Source: the human T2T-CHM13v2.0 reference genome, Homo sapiens. Taken from it: a stretch of 64,000 bases of DNA. The position numbers were made by a program, and so were the translations under genes. The notes beneath the pieces are model-generated. The model saw only the letters and a program-made list of their open reading frames with translations, ran no database searches and was not told the origin of the DNA. This document shows positions 16,274 to 31,143 of this stretch, one piece after another (the first letter of the stretch is position 1; each line of letters begins with the position of its first letter). The stretch lies in assembly GCF_009914755.1 (NCBI RefSeq), contig NC_060932.1. One strand, given 5' to 3'.

Positions 16274-16759
16274 GATGTAATTTTTATATATGGTGTGAGG
16301 TAAGGATTGAGACCCTTTTCTCCATACTGATATCCAGCCATACTGGTTTCGTTGTGGCACCATTTGTTAAAAAGATGATCTTGTATTCATTGAATTGCCT
16401 TGGGATCTTGGTAAAACAGCAATTTGTGATATAATTGTTGGTACCTTTTCCAACTTTTGATGTAGAATATGTAATGTGTATTTTTATTAGCTCAGATCAG
16501 CTTCTTCACTGTTTAGGAGCACTGCCTCTGCATTCAAGATGGGGGTCATTGGTTCTCTACTTTTCAGCCCACCTAGGCCAATAAAAGACAATGGCAGAAG
16601 GAGAGAATGTGTGGTTTTCCAGTTTCCTAAAGAGAAGTGAGTGTAGTGGCAGCATGATACTATCTTTAGCCTGCTGCCTATTTAATTTCCATTGGGAAAA
16701 ATGCAGCTGCCTGAGCTTGAGATTTCATCTTTAAGTAATAATATTTGAAAATAATGAAT

Positions 16760-16985
16760 ATTTGATGGGTACTCACTATGTGCTGGGCATCATTCTAAGG
16801 ATATATAAGCCTCACAAAAGCCCTATGTGGTAGGTACTATTATTGTCATCTCTATATTCTAAATGAGGAAACTGAGGGATAGAGAGCATAAGTATGCTCA
16901 TGGTTATTTAGCAGTAAGTGGGAGGGATAGGACTCAACCTAAGCTGTCTGGCTTCAGGACCTAAATCCTTAACCATATGACTACA
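16760..16985. mobile_element. MIR
   Basis: aaatgaggaaactgagg core with flanking MIR motifs. Confidence 0.65.
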
Positions 16986-18214
16986 CACTCAGAGAAGCCT
17001 GGGGCCTTCTAATTCTCAATAGTTCCATTGCTTAAGACAGTGATTCACCAAAATCTTTTTAAAAACATTTGACTGTCCTTGGTCCATCTCAGATTTTTTT
17101 TTTTTAATCTTTCAGGTGAGCAAAGAGTACAAAAGGTTGATGAGCAGGGACTGGCTCTCTGCAAAGTTGCAGAGAGCAACTGTTGTATACTAGGACATAG
17201 AAGTTGCACTAGCAGCCCTGCCACTCCTGGCACCAGTCATTTCTGAGTGCCTGCTGTATTCTGTGGAATCAGGGAGTGATGAAAGTGACATATGATAAAT
17301 TCCTTGTCCTTAAGAGGCTGTCATATTTCTTGGGTTCTGGTAGCTTTACAATCAAACTTTCAATGCTCTTGAAATTTAAAAAATGGTCTTAAAATTATCT
17401 TTCTTAGCTTCCTGCATCATATTGCTTAAAATAGTTAGCAAACTTATTTTTTTTTTGTTTTTTTTTGTTTTTTTGTTTTTAAACTGAATGAAGGATCTTG
17501 TAGAGTCTTTGGTATTGTTGATTATTTGATTTGCTCTTAAGTAGTGAGGGGTGCTTCTGTAGAAGAAAATAACTGAAATTATCACTCCATGATCCCATGT
17601 GAGGTACATGTTTTTTCACCAAAAGATTGCCACTGATGTATTTTCTCACACAGTGTAGAAATATTCCATTAGTCACAGAAGAGTGTATGGATGTGGTCCA
17701 ATGTCAACGGAATCATCATGCTATTTGGGGGATGTGTTATCAGTTATGTTTGTTGTTTGTATTGTAGATAAAGAGGCTTGTGAAAGGAAGCTATTGTATT
17801 TTGGGCTTTATTTTGAAGTAGATGAGAAAGTAAAGAAACTTACCAGAAACGAAATATAAAGACTATTCCCACTGATTTTGGTTGAGCTGCTGTCCTTGTC
17901 TTGGAAATCAGTGTTTACATGGCATGTTGTATTTCAGCCTGGTGTAAATTAAATTGAATATCCTACTATGATCTTTAGCTATTTCATTGTCAACTAGTTA
18001 TAAGATTAAGTGATTTCAGAGTAATTTCACCAAGAAAATTTCATTAAGGAAAATTTGTCTAAACTCACTTATTCTAGGCAAACTATTAAAATATCTAGAA
18101 CCCGGGTTGAATAATCAAATTTATTTTGCCATTTGAGACCAATTCTTCTGTGTGTATGTGCACGTGCATGTGTGCACAGTGGTAGCAGGGAAGGGAGTAG
18201 TTTGCTTTAACTCA

Positions 18215-18587
<373 letters not shown>

Positions 18588-18769
18588 TTAGCTAATTTGA
18601 TCTATATTTTATTCCACATCCTCTTTGTAATAACATTTGGCAAATATGTGTTGATTTATACTGGGTATTAGGCACTGTGGTGATGTGGAAGCTTAGGGCA
18701 AAATGCATACTGGTTTCTGCCTTCTAGAAGCTTACAATCTGTCTGTATGTGTGAAGGGAAATAATGCTA

Positions 18770-18940
18770 GATGCCATTTATTGAGTTCTACTCTGTGCCA
18801 GGCACCATGGCTTACTCATTTTACTTCTTATCCTTACTGTCATCCTGCAAGGAAGGTGCATTATTTTTTCCATTTTACAGATGAAGAGACAGAGGTTCAG
18901 AGAGGTTAAGAAACAAACCAAAGATCATGCCACTAATAAG
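18770..18940. mobile_element. MIR
   Basis: ccattttacagatgaagagacagaggttcagagaggttaag. Confidence 0.7.
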
Positions 18941-20266
18941 CAAAGAGTATAGTTGATAAATATACAATGGAGTGGTATTTAAGACCAAAAATATTTTAAG
19001 AAACATTTAAAAATTAAAAGATGGAAGGATTTTTATCAAAAATCATATAGATATATAATCATAATAAATCAAAATGGAAGGAAGAATTTGTTTATTCTGT
19101 ACTACAGTTTTCTATAAGTCAGTTAACAATAGTTTCTGGTTTAGGAACAAAGCAACATCAAGATCTCAGTGATTTAATACAATAAAATATTATTTCTTGC
19201 TAATAAAACACTGATGCATGTCTGTACAGTTCTCTTCCAATTAGTGACTCAGGAATCCAGGGTCCCTGCATCTTGTGACATTATCATCTCTATGTGTGGT
19301 TTCTAGTGTCTCCCCAGCAGAGGAAGGGAGGCCATGGAGATGGCATACTGACTTGTAAAGTCATACTTTACTGACTTTAGTCATATTGACTAGTTGACCT
19401 GGAAGTGGCGCAACTGCACCATCTCACATTTTGTTGGCTAGAACTAGCCACCTGATCAACATAACTGCAAGAGGGCCGAGAAGTTTAATTCTCCCATTAG
19501 TCCTCCCATGTGCTCAGGAATTGAGAAGAACTATTTATAAGTGAACATCGGACAGCTCTACTGTGTATTTCATAACTCAACTCCAGGCATGTTATTTGTA
19601 GAATTAACATAGTTTGCAGAGCATCTTGAAATGAAAGCAAGTAATGACTATTTGTCATTATCTGGATAGATGTATGATCATTAGTCCATTGATTTTATAT
19701 TCATCTAGTCTGAAACTGGAAGTGATCCTGGATCTAAACCCTATCCAACTTAATTGATTGACAGCTGGTAGTCCATTATCCTCCACACATTTAAAGGACA
19801 AAATCTCAAAAATGTTGATTCATCTACTACATTGGAACATGGCCTCACTTCGGATTAATGCACACAGTTTTATTATGTTTATCTTAAACATATGATGCAG
19901 TGGCTATGGTAACACCAAATTTCTGTCACTTTGTTAATGTGTTTTAGCACCAAGTAAAATTTTAGAAATTCTCTGGGATACACATTTTATACCTTAGGAG
20001 GATTTAAATCTATATGTAGTCAAAGTTGATAAGACTAGATCACTCATTATTTATATTAACATGGCATTTACTCACCTCATGCACAGAATGTCTATGAATG
20101 TCCCAGTTCTGTTAAAGCTGTTATTTAACTTTGCAGCACCATTTGACACTGTTGATCACTCCTCCCTCTTGCAAATGCTCTTGGCTTCATGTCCACAGCT
20201 TCAGTTATCATCTGTGTCCAAAAGACCTTCCAATTTTACTCTCCAGCCCGGTCCTCTCTTCTGAAC

Positions 20267-20375
20267 TAATATTTATTATAATGTAATAATATTTATGTTA
20301 TAACTATAATAATATAAATATAATAATATTATTATATATATTATTATAATTAATATAATTATATTTATTATATCT
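20267..20375. repeat. AT-only low-complexity tract
   Basis: About 105 nt made almost entirely of TAT/ATA/TAA. Confidence 0.85.
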
Positions 20376-20619
20376 AACTGCCCGATTGATTTTTTTTACT
20401 TATCCCAAGTCTAACTTATGATCCTCCCCCATACAACCTTATCCATGTTTCTCTGGAAACATTGCACTCTGTTAGGAACATTAAGGTTGACTGCCAGTGA
20501 TGCCAATTTTCCCTTTCTCATAGCAGTGAATTTGATGAGCTCATATAGAACTTTTGCTCTTCTTCAGAATGCCTGCACACAGTTTGTAGTTTTTAAAATA
20601 TTTGATTAGCGTTTTTTCC

Positions 20620-20750
20620 TACTTTACCAGAAGCTTCATGAGAGCAGGGACCTATTCTCCTTTTGTTCACCACTGTGTCTGTAGCACTGAGCACAGTGCC
20701 TGATATAAAGTAAATGTTCAATAAATATTTATTGAAAGAGTGAATGGGTA
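20620..20750 (+). mobile_element. L2 3' end
   Basis: agcttcatgagagcagggac...agcacagtgcctg...tcaataaatatttattgaa. Confidence 0.65.
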
Positions 20751-21797
20751 AATGATGGGACCTAAAAAATTGTGGCTAATCAAAGACAAGAAATGGTTTA
20801 GCAACTTATGATTTCCCTACAGTTAAAGAATCATTGTCTTTTTGAGACATATTCTTACCAGATATCTTGTCTTTGCAACCCAAGAGAAAGAACAGAATTC
20901 CAATATTTGAGATTTAAATATGTTTACTATTGCCTAATGTCTAAGGTCCTTTAAGAGTAATCTATCAAGTATATGTTAGCATACCTTCTTTACTATCATT
21001 TTTCTGAGTTCAAATTTACAGATGCACTGTATCAAATCACAGTAAACTACAGTGATGTTGGCTGTCTGACTGCCTTTTGGCATCCTACAAATTATATTAA
21101 TAGGTCTCCGAGCAACTGTGGAAACTTGATAACTGTAGCCAGAATGACCTGAGCATTTTGATTCTAATTCCTAATACTAATTTACTTACAGCCATGTAAC
21201 CCATCAATGTAATCAGGTCTCATCTAAAGGATGGTGATGTTTTCTAGGTACACTATCCATTTAATTCTTTTAAAATTATAAAGATAATGTAACAGAATTG
21301 AAGAAAAAATTTTAAGCTTAATGAAAAGTAATATCTATGTTTGTAACATGGTAACTACAGTAGTCACCACTACTATAACATGGAACTGTGAAAAATGTTT
21401 ATTTCTTCACAGTTCTTGTCCTCATGCATTCATGCATTGAAGTGGGATTCTGTATTTCAGCCAGAATGTAGTTGAGTCTTTCTGAGTCTGAAGATTTGTA
21501 GTATCATACCTTCTCATGCCATCTGGGGGATTAGAACCACAGAATTTACAAGTCCAATATGCTTTAGGTGGTTAGCCTATCCTCAGGCTGCAGAAATCTA
21601 TGGCATGGATGGTAATTCATTCTTGCCATGTTTACTAATGCTGATTCACCTGGTTTTTATGGATTACTGCATATTCCTTCAAGCAAACACTTTGGAAATG
21701 CATCTGTGTCTCCAATAGTTTTTTCATCATATTACCCTCCTACTCCAAAATTTTCTAATTCCTGACCATATTAAATGTAAATACATTTTCCTAAATC

Positions 21798-21995
21798 AGC
21801 CTGTCCAGTAGAGCTTTCTGCAATGATGGAAATTTTTTTTAATACTATCCAATGTTAGTCACTAGCCAATGTGTTAATGTAGTACTTGAAATGTGGCTAG
21901 TTGACTGAGGAATCAGATGTTTAAATTTATTTCAGTCTAATCCACTTAAATTTAAATAGCACATGGAGCTAGGGGCTATCATATTGGGCAGCAGG
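21798..21995. mobile_element. MER3/MER33-type hAT-Charlie MITE
   Basis: ttctgcaatgatggaaat...acttgaaatgtggctag...ttaaatttaaatagc. Confidence 0.65.
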
Positions 21996-23204
21996 ACCTA
22001 CATTTTCAAGTCCCTGCTAAATAACCAGGCAAGGCCTGTGTCCTTGGCCTCATGTATGCACCACATTTGTACTCATCGTTTTTGTCTTGACTCATGGTGG
22101 CCCTCCCTTGCTTGGGTTACTTTCTCTCAGTTCCTTCAGTTAATCCAGGCTGTCTTTGACTTCCAAGGGTCAGAGCGAAGCTCACCAGCTCTATGAAATC
22201 CCCCTATAATTTTGCTGATCTTCCTTTCCTGGTAATGCCCAGTCCATGCTTTTCCAGTCAAGACACATGAAAGAATGAATGATTCAACATAGACTTTCAT
22301 ATATAGCCATTTTCTGTATTTTAGTTTTTTTTTTTTAATGTGAATTTATTCCATCCCCTCAACCAATTTTTATCTCTCTGAGGCCAGGGCAGTGTTATAT
22401 ATAATTTTGTGTTTCTTCTGGCACCAAAGCAGATTGTGAAGCCCCAGAAAATTCCCATTGAATGCTTTGCTGATTACCTAATTTATTGCAAAAGAAACAC
22501 AAATCTGTACCTTTGATTCTCTGTCATGATTATTTATTCAGCCAACAATTATTTGGGCAATGTTCCTGGGATTCATGTGGGTAAAATTTGAAGGGAAGAT
22601 AATCTTCTTGAATTCAAGAAGTAAGATTGGATAAAAAGAAGGATCATAAATATGTATGGAAACTGTGATATAAGGTATGCTGAGTTCCAGAGATGATGGT
22701 TAGGAGTTGTGAGGAAGTTTGGAAAATAGCTGTGGTAACATTTTTCCTTTAGAAGGAAACCCTTGAAATGCTGGTCAAAGAATGTAAGTTTATTGCACAG
22801 AAATGAGAGGCAGGAAGGTTATCTCTTAGGAAGAGACACTTGAAAAATGGTCATAGTGAAAAAACAAGATACGTGGTCAATGAAATGCTTTTTCATCAGT
22901 ATTCTACAATATTCGCTTCCGATCAAGAATTAGGGCTTTTGGTCGTCTACTTTTGAAAAGGTTCTAAGATGCAGCAAAGCACATCCTATATGCACTGTAC
23001 ATACAATTGAACATCTTGAGACCCAAGCTTCTTTGTGTGTAATACTAAACTTAGTTTCCCCAGAAAACCTACTCTTAACAATATTGTGATAATGAAGATC
23101 CTTAGAGAAGGGCACTGAATAGGGTCAAATTATTACTTTATAATAGTATTTATACATGTACATAGTGCTCACTATGTACCAGGCTCTATTCTTAGTAACT
23201 TCAC

Positions 23205-23507
23205 TTTTTTAAGAAAATAGGGTCTTAATAGGCACTCCAGCCTGTCGCTCAGGCTGATCTGAAGTGACGTGATCGTAGCTCACTGCAGCCTTGAACTCTT
23301 GGGCTCAAGCGATGCTTCCGCCTCAACTTTCTGGGTAGCTGGGACTACAGGGATGAGCCACCACACAAAGCTAATTTTATTTTATTTTTAGTCAAGACAG
23401 GTCTTGCTTTATTGTCCAGGCTGGTCTGAAACTCCTGGCTTCAAGCAATCCTCCTGCCTTGGCCTCCCAAAGTGCGGGATTACAGGCATGAGCCACCATG
23501 CCCAGCC
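23205..23507 (-). mobile_element. AluJ
   Basis: Alu consensus in reverse orientation. Flanking direct repeat CTATTCTTAGTA. Confidence 0.88.
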
Positions 23508-24076
23508 TATTCTTAGTACTTTTTAAAACTTATTTAATTCTTCTAATTATTATAAATAGAAATTTTATAGATGAAGAAAATATAGCATTTGCCTCATTTT
23601 ATATAGGTAACAGGTAAAAGAGCTAGAACTTGACCCTATACAATCTTGCTTCAGAAACTATGTTCTTAACCATTCTACTGTATTGCTTTTTGCTGCGCTA
23701 TATGACCTCTGTGTAATTCGTGTTCTGTTACTTCAGAATTTATGACATTTGGAATAAGTGTTGGAGACAATAGCAAATGGAAGAGATGTATTATCTATTT
23801 GAGGAAACAGCTTCCAGTACCTCAAACTCTGTAGGAACACCTGCAGACACGTGAATAACATACAAAGCACAAATGTATTTTCTGTTGAGTGTAGCTCTCA
23901 GTGAGGAGGTGATAGGTGAGTTCTATGACTACTTTTGCTGTAGTTGAAAACATAATATCAAATACATAACTTTATTTTCTAATGAGAGAATAAAATAGTT
24001 TGGATACATTTATTATTATCATTTTTGCATAATGACTTACCTATTTGTTTTAATTCCGATGACTCATATTTTGCAG

Positions 24077-24132
24077 AAATTTCGGAGTGCTTCAGTTGGG
24101 GCTGAGGAGTACATGTATGATCAGACATCAAG
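24077..24132 (+). CDS. GRHL2: GRHL2 coding exon 5, 56 nt, KFRSASVGAEEYMYDQTS(S)
   Basis: Acceptor ttttgcag|, donor AAG|gtgagt. In frame with exons 4 and 6. Confidence 0.95.
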
Positions 24133-25110
24133 GTGAGTTACCAGGAGATGCATCCTTAGAAACTGATTAACTGATAAACCTTTAAATGTACCTTCGAGTT
24201 ATACCTTTAAACCTTTTTTCTTTGTAAACTTGTACAGAACAGTGTGATTTCCTTTGCCTCAGTGCTTTTTTCTTTATACAAAGGACTTCTATATCATTAT
24301 TTCCAGTCTTGGACAATTTTCTGGGACCTACACCCCTTTTCTTCCTTCTGTTGGCTAGACATTCTTTTGTAGGTGTTCCTCTGCCCTCATACTCATGTGC
24401 TTCCAGCCCAACAAGTGTAATATGAAGCCCCATCTTTTTTCTTCTTTCCCTCCTTTTCCACTTGTTTCACACCTGGTGTTCTGCTTTTATTTCCTATTGT
24501 GGCTAATGATGTACCCATTCTCCAAGCCACCCCAGCTAGAGGTAAAGGATCTGGCTTCTTTCCTGTTGGACTTTCTCAGCACTTGCTAAATGCTGAATTG
24601 TCTGTTCCACCTGTCATCTCCTTTCCAAGTTACCCTTGTCAACTTTCTCCTGAGCTATTGCAATACATTGGATCTCCCTGCCAACACTTCTTTTTTATTC
24701 CACTGTGCACATAGCCAGCTACCAGCTATCATGCACTCAGGTGCCTTCCATGTGCAGCAGTGTGAGTAGGGTTGGGGATAAGATATAATCTCTCCTTACA
24801 AGAGGTCCACACTTTTGGAGGAGACAAATGTGATGACAGACAAATTGAAAAACATTTGCTAAGAGATGAGTCCTGCTACAGAGATATTAAAGAGCTAAAT
24901 GGACCTATAGGCCTGCACATGTGTGTGGGAGTAGGAAGGTGTGTGGGGTTGAGGGCAAATATTCACAGGAAGTGGCATTTGAGCTGCATCTTGAAGGATT
25001 AATAGCAGGTGTTTTCTAAGGAAAGAAGGAAGATTAAGAACATTCCAGGTAAAAGAGTCATGTTTTAAGACCTTGGTTATGATCATGTCTGAAGACAGGA
25101 GAGAATGGCA

Positions 25111-25242
25111 GCTGGGCGTGGTGGCTCATGCCTGTAATCCAGCACTTTGGGAGGCCGAGGTGGGAGGATCACTTGAGCTCAGAAGTTCAAGACCAGCCTG
25201 GCCAACATAGTAAGACCCCATTACATAAAAAAAAAAAAAAAA
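25111..25242 (+). mobile_element. Alu monomer (FLAM-like)
   Basis: Left monomer only plus A-tail. Flanks GAGAGAATGGCA / GAGAGAGTGGCA. Confidence 0.85.
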
Positions 25243-26577
25243 GAGTGAGAGAGTGGCAAGAAATGAATTTATCTCCCCCATTTACAAAACTTACTGAAGA
25301 TTTTATCATTTCAGGCAGAATTGAACTCAAATTCCTTATGAAGGTCATCAGGGCCCTCTATGTTTTGGTCCCTCTTTACTTAAAATCTCATCTCCCACTA
25401 TGTTTCTTGCCCCTTTGCTTTTACACATATGGCCCTTTTCCATTCTCCTGGTTTCCTCTTAAAGTCCTCTGGTTCCAATCTCAGGCTCCCCACTCATCCT
25501 CCCCAGATCATCTTATTTAGAATTCCTGGGGGCAGGAAGCGGGAGGCAAGGAAGAATGGACTTGAAATTGCCTTCTAAAATGTGGGAATAGGAGTCTAAT
25601 TTGCGTGCTGTAAATCCAAAGCACCATGTCAGCAGCTGCCAGGCCAGTGGGAAGAGCAAGGACCTACCAGTGACTTGACCTCGTTTCTCTTTCCGCTGCT
25701 GCCATGGTCCAGCAGAGCGAGCATGTCTCTTAGCCTCTCCTTAGCTGTGAAATGAGGAAGGTGGGCTGAATCTTGGGTTTTTATCCTGTGTTATGGGCAG
25801 GCTTGATGGACACAAATCCCTGAAATTATATTAAAAATCGTTTATGTTCATAAGTGCCTTTATCTGGGAAGGAAAATTCACTGCTTTCTTCATGTTTTCA
25901 AAGCAGTCTGTGCCCTAGACAAGACGCAAGCTAGTGGTCTAGGTGATTCCTAATATCCTGTCCAGGTCTAAAATGTTATGATTCAATGGTACTGTGTTGA
26001 AATTGCTTTTTCAGACAAAATGACAATGGAATCAGTTCTGTTTTGAATGATTTATTTCCCAACTTCTTTTAAGACACATATTCTGGAATTTGCTTAGTTT
26101 ATTAGCTTAAGCCTAAGATTTTTTATCATAAAACAGGAATATTATTCTGCCCTTCAGATTTTCTTATTATAAAAGTTAAAAAATAAATAAAACATTACAG
26201 GAATATTTAACATAGAAAGCAAGAGCCCCCCATAATCCTGTCAGGAGGCCATTTTCAGAGATAAAGTTTGAGTCATCTTTGTGCCCAGCCTTCCAACGAC
26301 TATGAAATAAAAGAGCTAAAAAAATAAACACAATGGAGAGTTTCTGATGATCTAGAAAATATGTGGTGTTTGTTATTGGATTGTCACTGTGAGCCGTCCT
26401 GCAGTATAGCAGAAATAAATATTTCTGAATGAATGTGTTAAACAAAAAATGATTGTGGTTCATACCTGTTGTGTTATTTTAAATAATTGATATACTCTTC
26501 GAAGTTGGGAAAAATCAGTGTTTTTCCTTTGTAAATTATATCATGTTTTTTAAAAAATGTGAGGGACACTATTTAGA

Positions 26578-26800
26578 GCAGGGATCTGCACACTTTTTCT
26601 GAAATGAACTAGAGAGTAAGAATTTTAGGTTTGGCAGGCTATCGTCTCTACCACAACGACTCAACCTTGCTGCTGTAGTACGAAAGCAGTCATAGACAGT
26701 ATGTAAACAAATGAGTGCAGCTGTGTTCCAATAAACCTTTATTTACAAAAACAGGCAATGAGATGGATTTGGCCTATGGGCCATCATTTGCAAACTCCTG
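26578..26800. mobile_element. MER58A-type hAT MITE
   Basis: cagggatctgcacac...gtaaacaaatgagtgcagctgtgttccaataaacctttattt...tttgcaaactcctg with terminal inverted repeats. Confidence 0.75.
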
Positions 26801-27380
26801 ATTTAGAACAACCCTGCCATGAGTTCTTCCGCAGGCTTGAAAACAAGAAGCAAAATACAAAAAGTACTCCCTGTTATTAGGGAACTAGATTCTCAAGTGA
26901 ATGTTTGAGTTTTGGATTTTCATGTTTTGAGATGTTTTATAGTAAGATACAGCTATCTGTAACACCTTGGTTAGACAAAAAAAAAAAAAAAAAGGTTAGG
27001 TATATACATGAATTGAACAAAATTATTTATTTAGTTGTTTTGTTGTTAGGGTAAAAATGGCAAATTCTATTAATTCTTAAGCTTCAAGCATTACCTAATT
27101 GCCAGCTAAGATCTACCAGGGGTTCTCCTGGTAGAGCTGTTTTTTGCACAATTGGCCAGGCACATCGTGGACTTTATCCCCTTCCAAACCATCTGGTTTA
27201 TGGGCCACTGTTAGAAATGTTGTATACATTGTACTAGCAATGACCTTTGATCTGGTCTCATCTCTTTTGCCATATGCTGTGTTTTGTCTCTAAAACAGTA
27301 AACATTGGTTAATGTTCATGTGAAATGCTATGATGTGAAATTGGTCAAAAGAGCAGAAATGTCCAAGTGAGTGGATCTGA

Positions 27381-27581
<201 letters not shown>

Positions 27582-29922
27582 TAAAGTACAAAGGAATCCG
27601 ATGAACGGAATGGCTACCTCACAGCCTTGTGGAATGGCATGGAAAAAAAATAAAACCTTCAACATAAATAATTCTAGAACGAATGTCAGAGAGTTGGGGC
27701 AAGAGCACTTATTGGCTCGTAGTTGATCATTGTAATCAGTAACCAGTAAACCCCAGGGAAGGGACATGGTTGGAACATGCTGTCTGACTGTATCCGAGGA
27801 ATTTTCCCGCTTCACTCACTGCTTATGTGCTTCCTCGTTGTTGTTATTTTCAATCAGTTGATCTTAATTTTTCAAGTAAGTAGCTGTAAGTCAGAGCCCC
27901 TCTGTGGGTGAGAAAGAGCTTTGTTCTATTCTGTAAAGGAAAATGCAGTTCACTCTGAATCCCTGGGCCTGGTGGAACTTGGTTTCAAAGCCTTCTGCAG
28001 CCCAGGGCTTTCTCAGGGTTCCAGAGATGAGGCACGATCCCCACCAGGAGTCACTTGGGGGAGTTTTCAGATTCATGAGTATTATTTCTACTTGTGGGAA
28101 ATGAAACTGGCTCTCCCTTCTCTGGAAGCCTGCCAGCTTCTGGCGTACTTGCTACTGCCAAGAAGGGAGAGGCCCGGTAATCCTTCTCTACTGAAAAGGA
28201 AAATTATAGCACAGCTCTGAAAAGAGGTGGAAGGACTTTCCTGATCTGTTGTAAAATGATTTATGGTGTTGGGTCCATGATGCCCAGCCCACCTTATTTT
28301 AGTCACAGCTCCCTCCTCCTACCACTTCAGAACACTTAAGAAGGGGGCACATGGTGTGCCTACAGCGCCACAACTCGGGCATGCCGCCAGTGCAGGTGGG
28401 GCGCAGGTTCCACGCAAGGCTGAGCTCACTGCAGTGAGAAAGCTGCTGGTGTGCTGTGTGCCCATCAGGAGAATTAGTAAATTCTAATGCTGTGGTCAAG
28501 ACTGCGGTGAAGAATATGCCATCACAATAATAATAACAAGAGTCATAAAATAACAATTTATATTTATTATCTTCAAGCGCCAGGTATTGTATTAGGTGCC
28601 ATCTGTCTAGTAACTCACTGAAACTGACAACAACCCTATGAAAAAGGCACTGCTGTTTTTATGATATTACAGATAAGGAAACTTGGTGATAAAGTTTCAG
28701 AAACTAGTAACCGGCCAAGGTTACATAGCTAAAAGGTGAGGGAACCAGGATCTACCCCAGGGCGTCAGACTCCTGAACCCAACTCTCTTTACTGTGAGGT
28801 TGTGCTGTGTTGAGCAGCATGGAGGGCTGAAGGCAGGGAAATGTTAGCCTGGATGTATTTCTCTCTGGATATATTTCCTATAAATTACATCCTCCCCCTC
28901 TTGTATATGAGCATCTGGTAAGAAGACACTGAATAAATTAGCTTTTTTTTTTTTAAGCCTTATAAATTCCAAGTGTTAGTATAACTCATATACACCCTCT
29001 TAACATCATTATCATCAACCTGGAAAAAATGGTGGGTGGTTAGTATTCTAAGGTCATGACAACAGTTTGGAGTACAGGGACTTTCCCAAGAATTCTACTT
29101 TGCTGAAATCATGAAAATAATTTAATAAGAAAATTTTATTTCTTTATGTTCCATTTTGGCTAAAGTGAAGAGTCCCCCCTTTCTTGGAAGGACTTCAACC
29201 TCCACCCTTGGAGACTAAGTTGGCGCCTCTCAGAGTGGCTCTTTCTTACTCCCCGGCTCTGGAGCAGGAAGGAGAAATGTGTTTGTCACCTATCAGCATT
29301 TATTTCTGAGAACAGTGTTTCATTCCAAGTCAAAGCATGTAGGGCGTGGTAACAACAGTTTCAAACTGCGTTTTCCTTTATCATTGAAGAAATGAATTTC
29401 CATACCAAGAATATGCCATTATTTATGCTAATTTAGACACTTGCCAGAAAAAATATTACTTTAAATTTTATTTTTATTTTGCGACAAATAAATACCAGGA
29501 AGCCACGCAGTAAACTTTGACACATAAATGGAAAAGTTTGAGGCGTGGCAGAGGGTAGAATGAAAAGCTGGCTGAGCTGGTAGTTGCACCAGCACAGAGA
29601 ATGGTTTTCTTTGTTGTCATGTATCCAGTGCCTCTGAAGATCTCACTGCTTGTGAATTCGAAACGATATGGATACATATTTCTAAACAGTTTTCCTAACA
29701 AACATCTGCTTTCTTGTGTAAAAATTGTTTACACATACTTTAGGCAAGAGCCAGATTTCAAAGTGACAGCCAGCCACCGGCATGTATTTGCTGTCTGTTA
29801 TTCGTCAGGTGCCAGGGTGAATGGCAGACACTGTTTCTGTCCTTGCTAAGTTTGATGTTAATTGGGAAGACATTGCCATTGGCTGAATAATGGTAAATAA
29901 GTAAATGACTACTAATGTGTAA

Positions 29923-30254
<332 letters not shown>

Positions 30255-31143
30255 CCTAAGAAGTTCTTAAGGAATGAGAGTCCATGAAATATTTTTCAGG
30301 AATAGTAGGAAAGTGCCTAAGAAGTGTTTTGGATGTGGAGTGAGAGGAGGAGTATTCCTGATACTGTAATTAAAGGGTTTTTTTTTGGAAGAGGGTTGTT
30401 TTTGGTACTGTCTCCATTTCATAAGTGACGGTGAATTAATGTGTATTTAGTTTAATGAGGCTGTTTATAATTTAGAACTGAAAAGAGTTTTGAATTCTTA
30501 TTTCTGCAAGATATAATTAGTTTCTCAAGCTCATTTTTAAAGTGCATCCACTTTAGATTTAAATAGATATCATAGTTGCTCTTGCGTTTTTCAGTGTATG
30601 AAATATCTGTAGTTTAGATCTATGTTCACCAATATGAATTTGTCTTTCAGCATTTTCCTCATTTCCTTAGTATTTTTCTCATTAATTTTGATATTCCAGC
30701 CTGAGCCACTTAATTAGACCACAAACAGATGTTTGCTTCTTTACAAATGGCATCACATTTTATGTTTAAGGAGTAGAAATTTCAAAAGAATGCTTGTTTC
30801 CAATACAAGAAAAAAAAATTTGGGGGGGGTTTCTGCTGACCTCACAAAATAATACATTTGCTGCTAATTGGTTAATCCAGTTGTTTATAACCTCCTGGTA
30901 AAACTGATGTAGGACTCTTTTTTTTTTCCTTCATGCTTCAAAATGAATTTGAAAGACAAATTCATTTTTTAAGTAGGTCCATTTTATAACAAAACGGACC
31001 ATACAGCCAAGCTTGTCTGGGCTTTTCTAAAGCAAGAAAAGCAACATGACACAAACACACCTCTGGTAGAACTTCCAGAACTGGAGACTGAGGCAACAGA
31101 GGCACTGAACAAAAAGTAAGCTCCACGATTCTCCCCTCTGCAG

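Noticed and set aside
20267-20375. AT-rich tract as a PATRR-like cruciform
   Set aside because: Short and only loosely self-complementary; ordinary low complexity.
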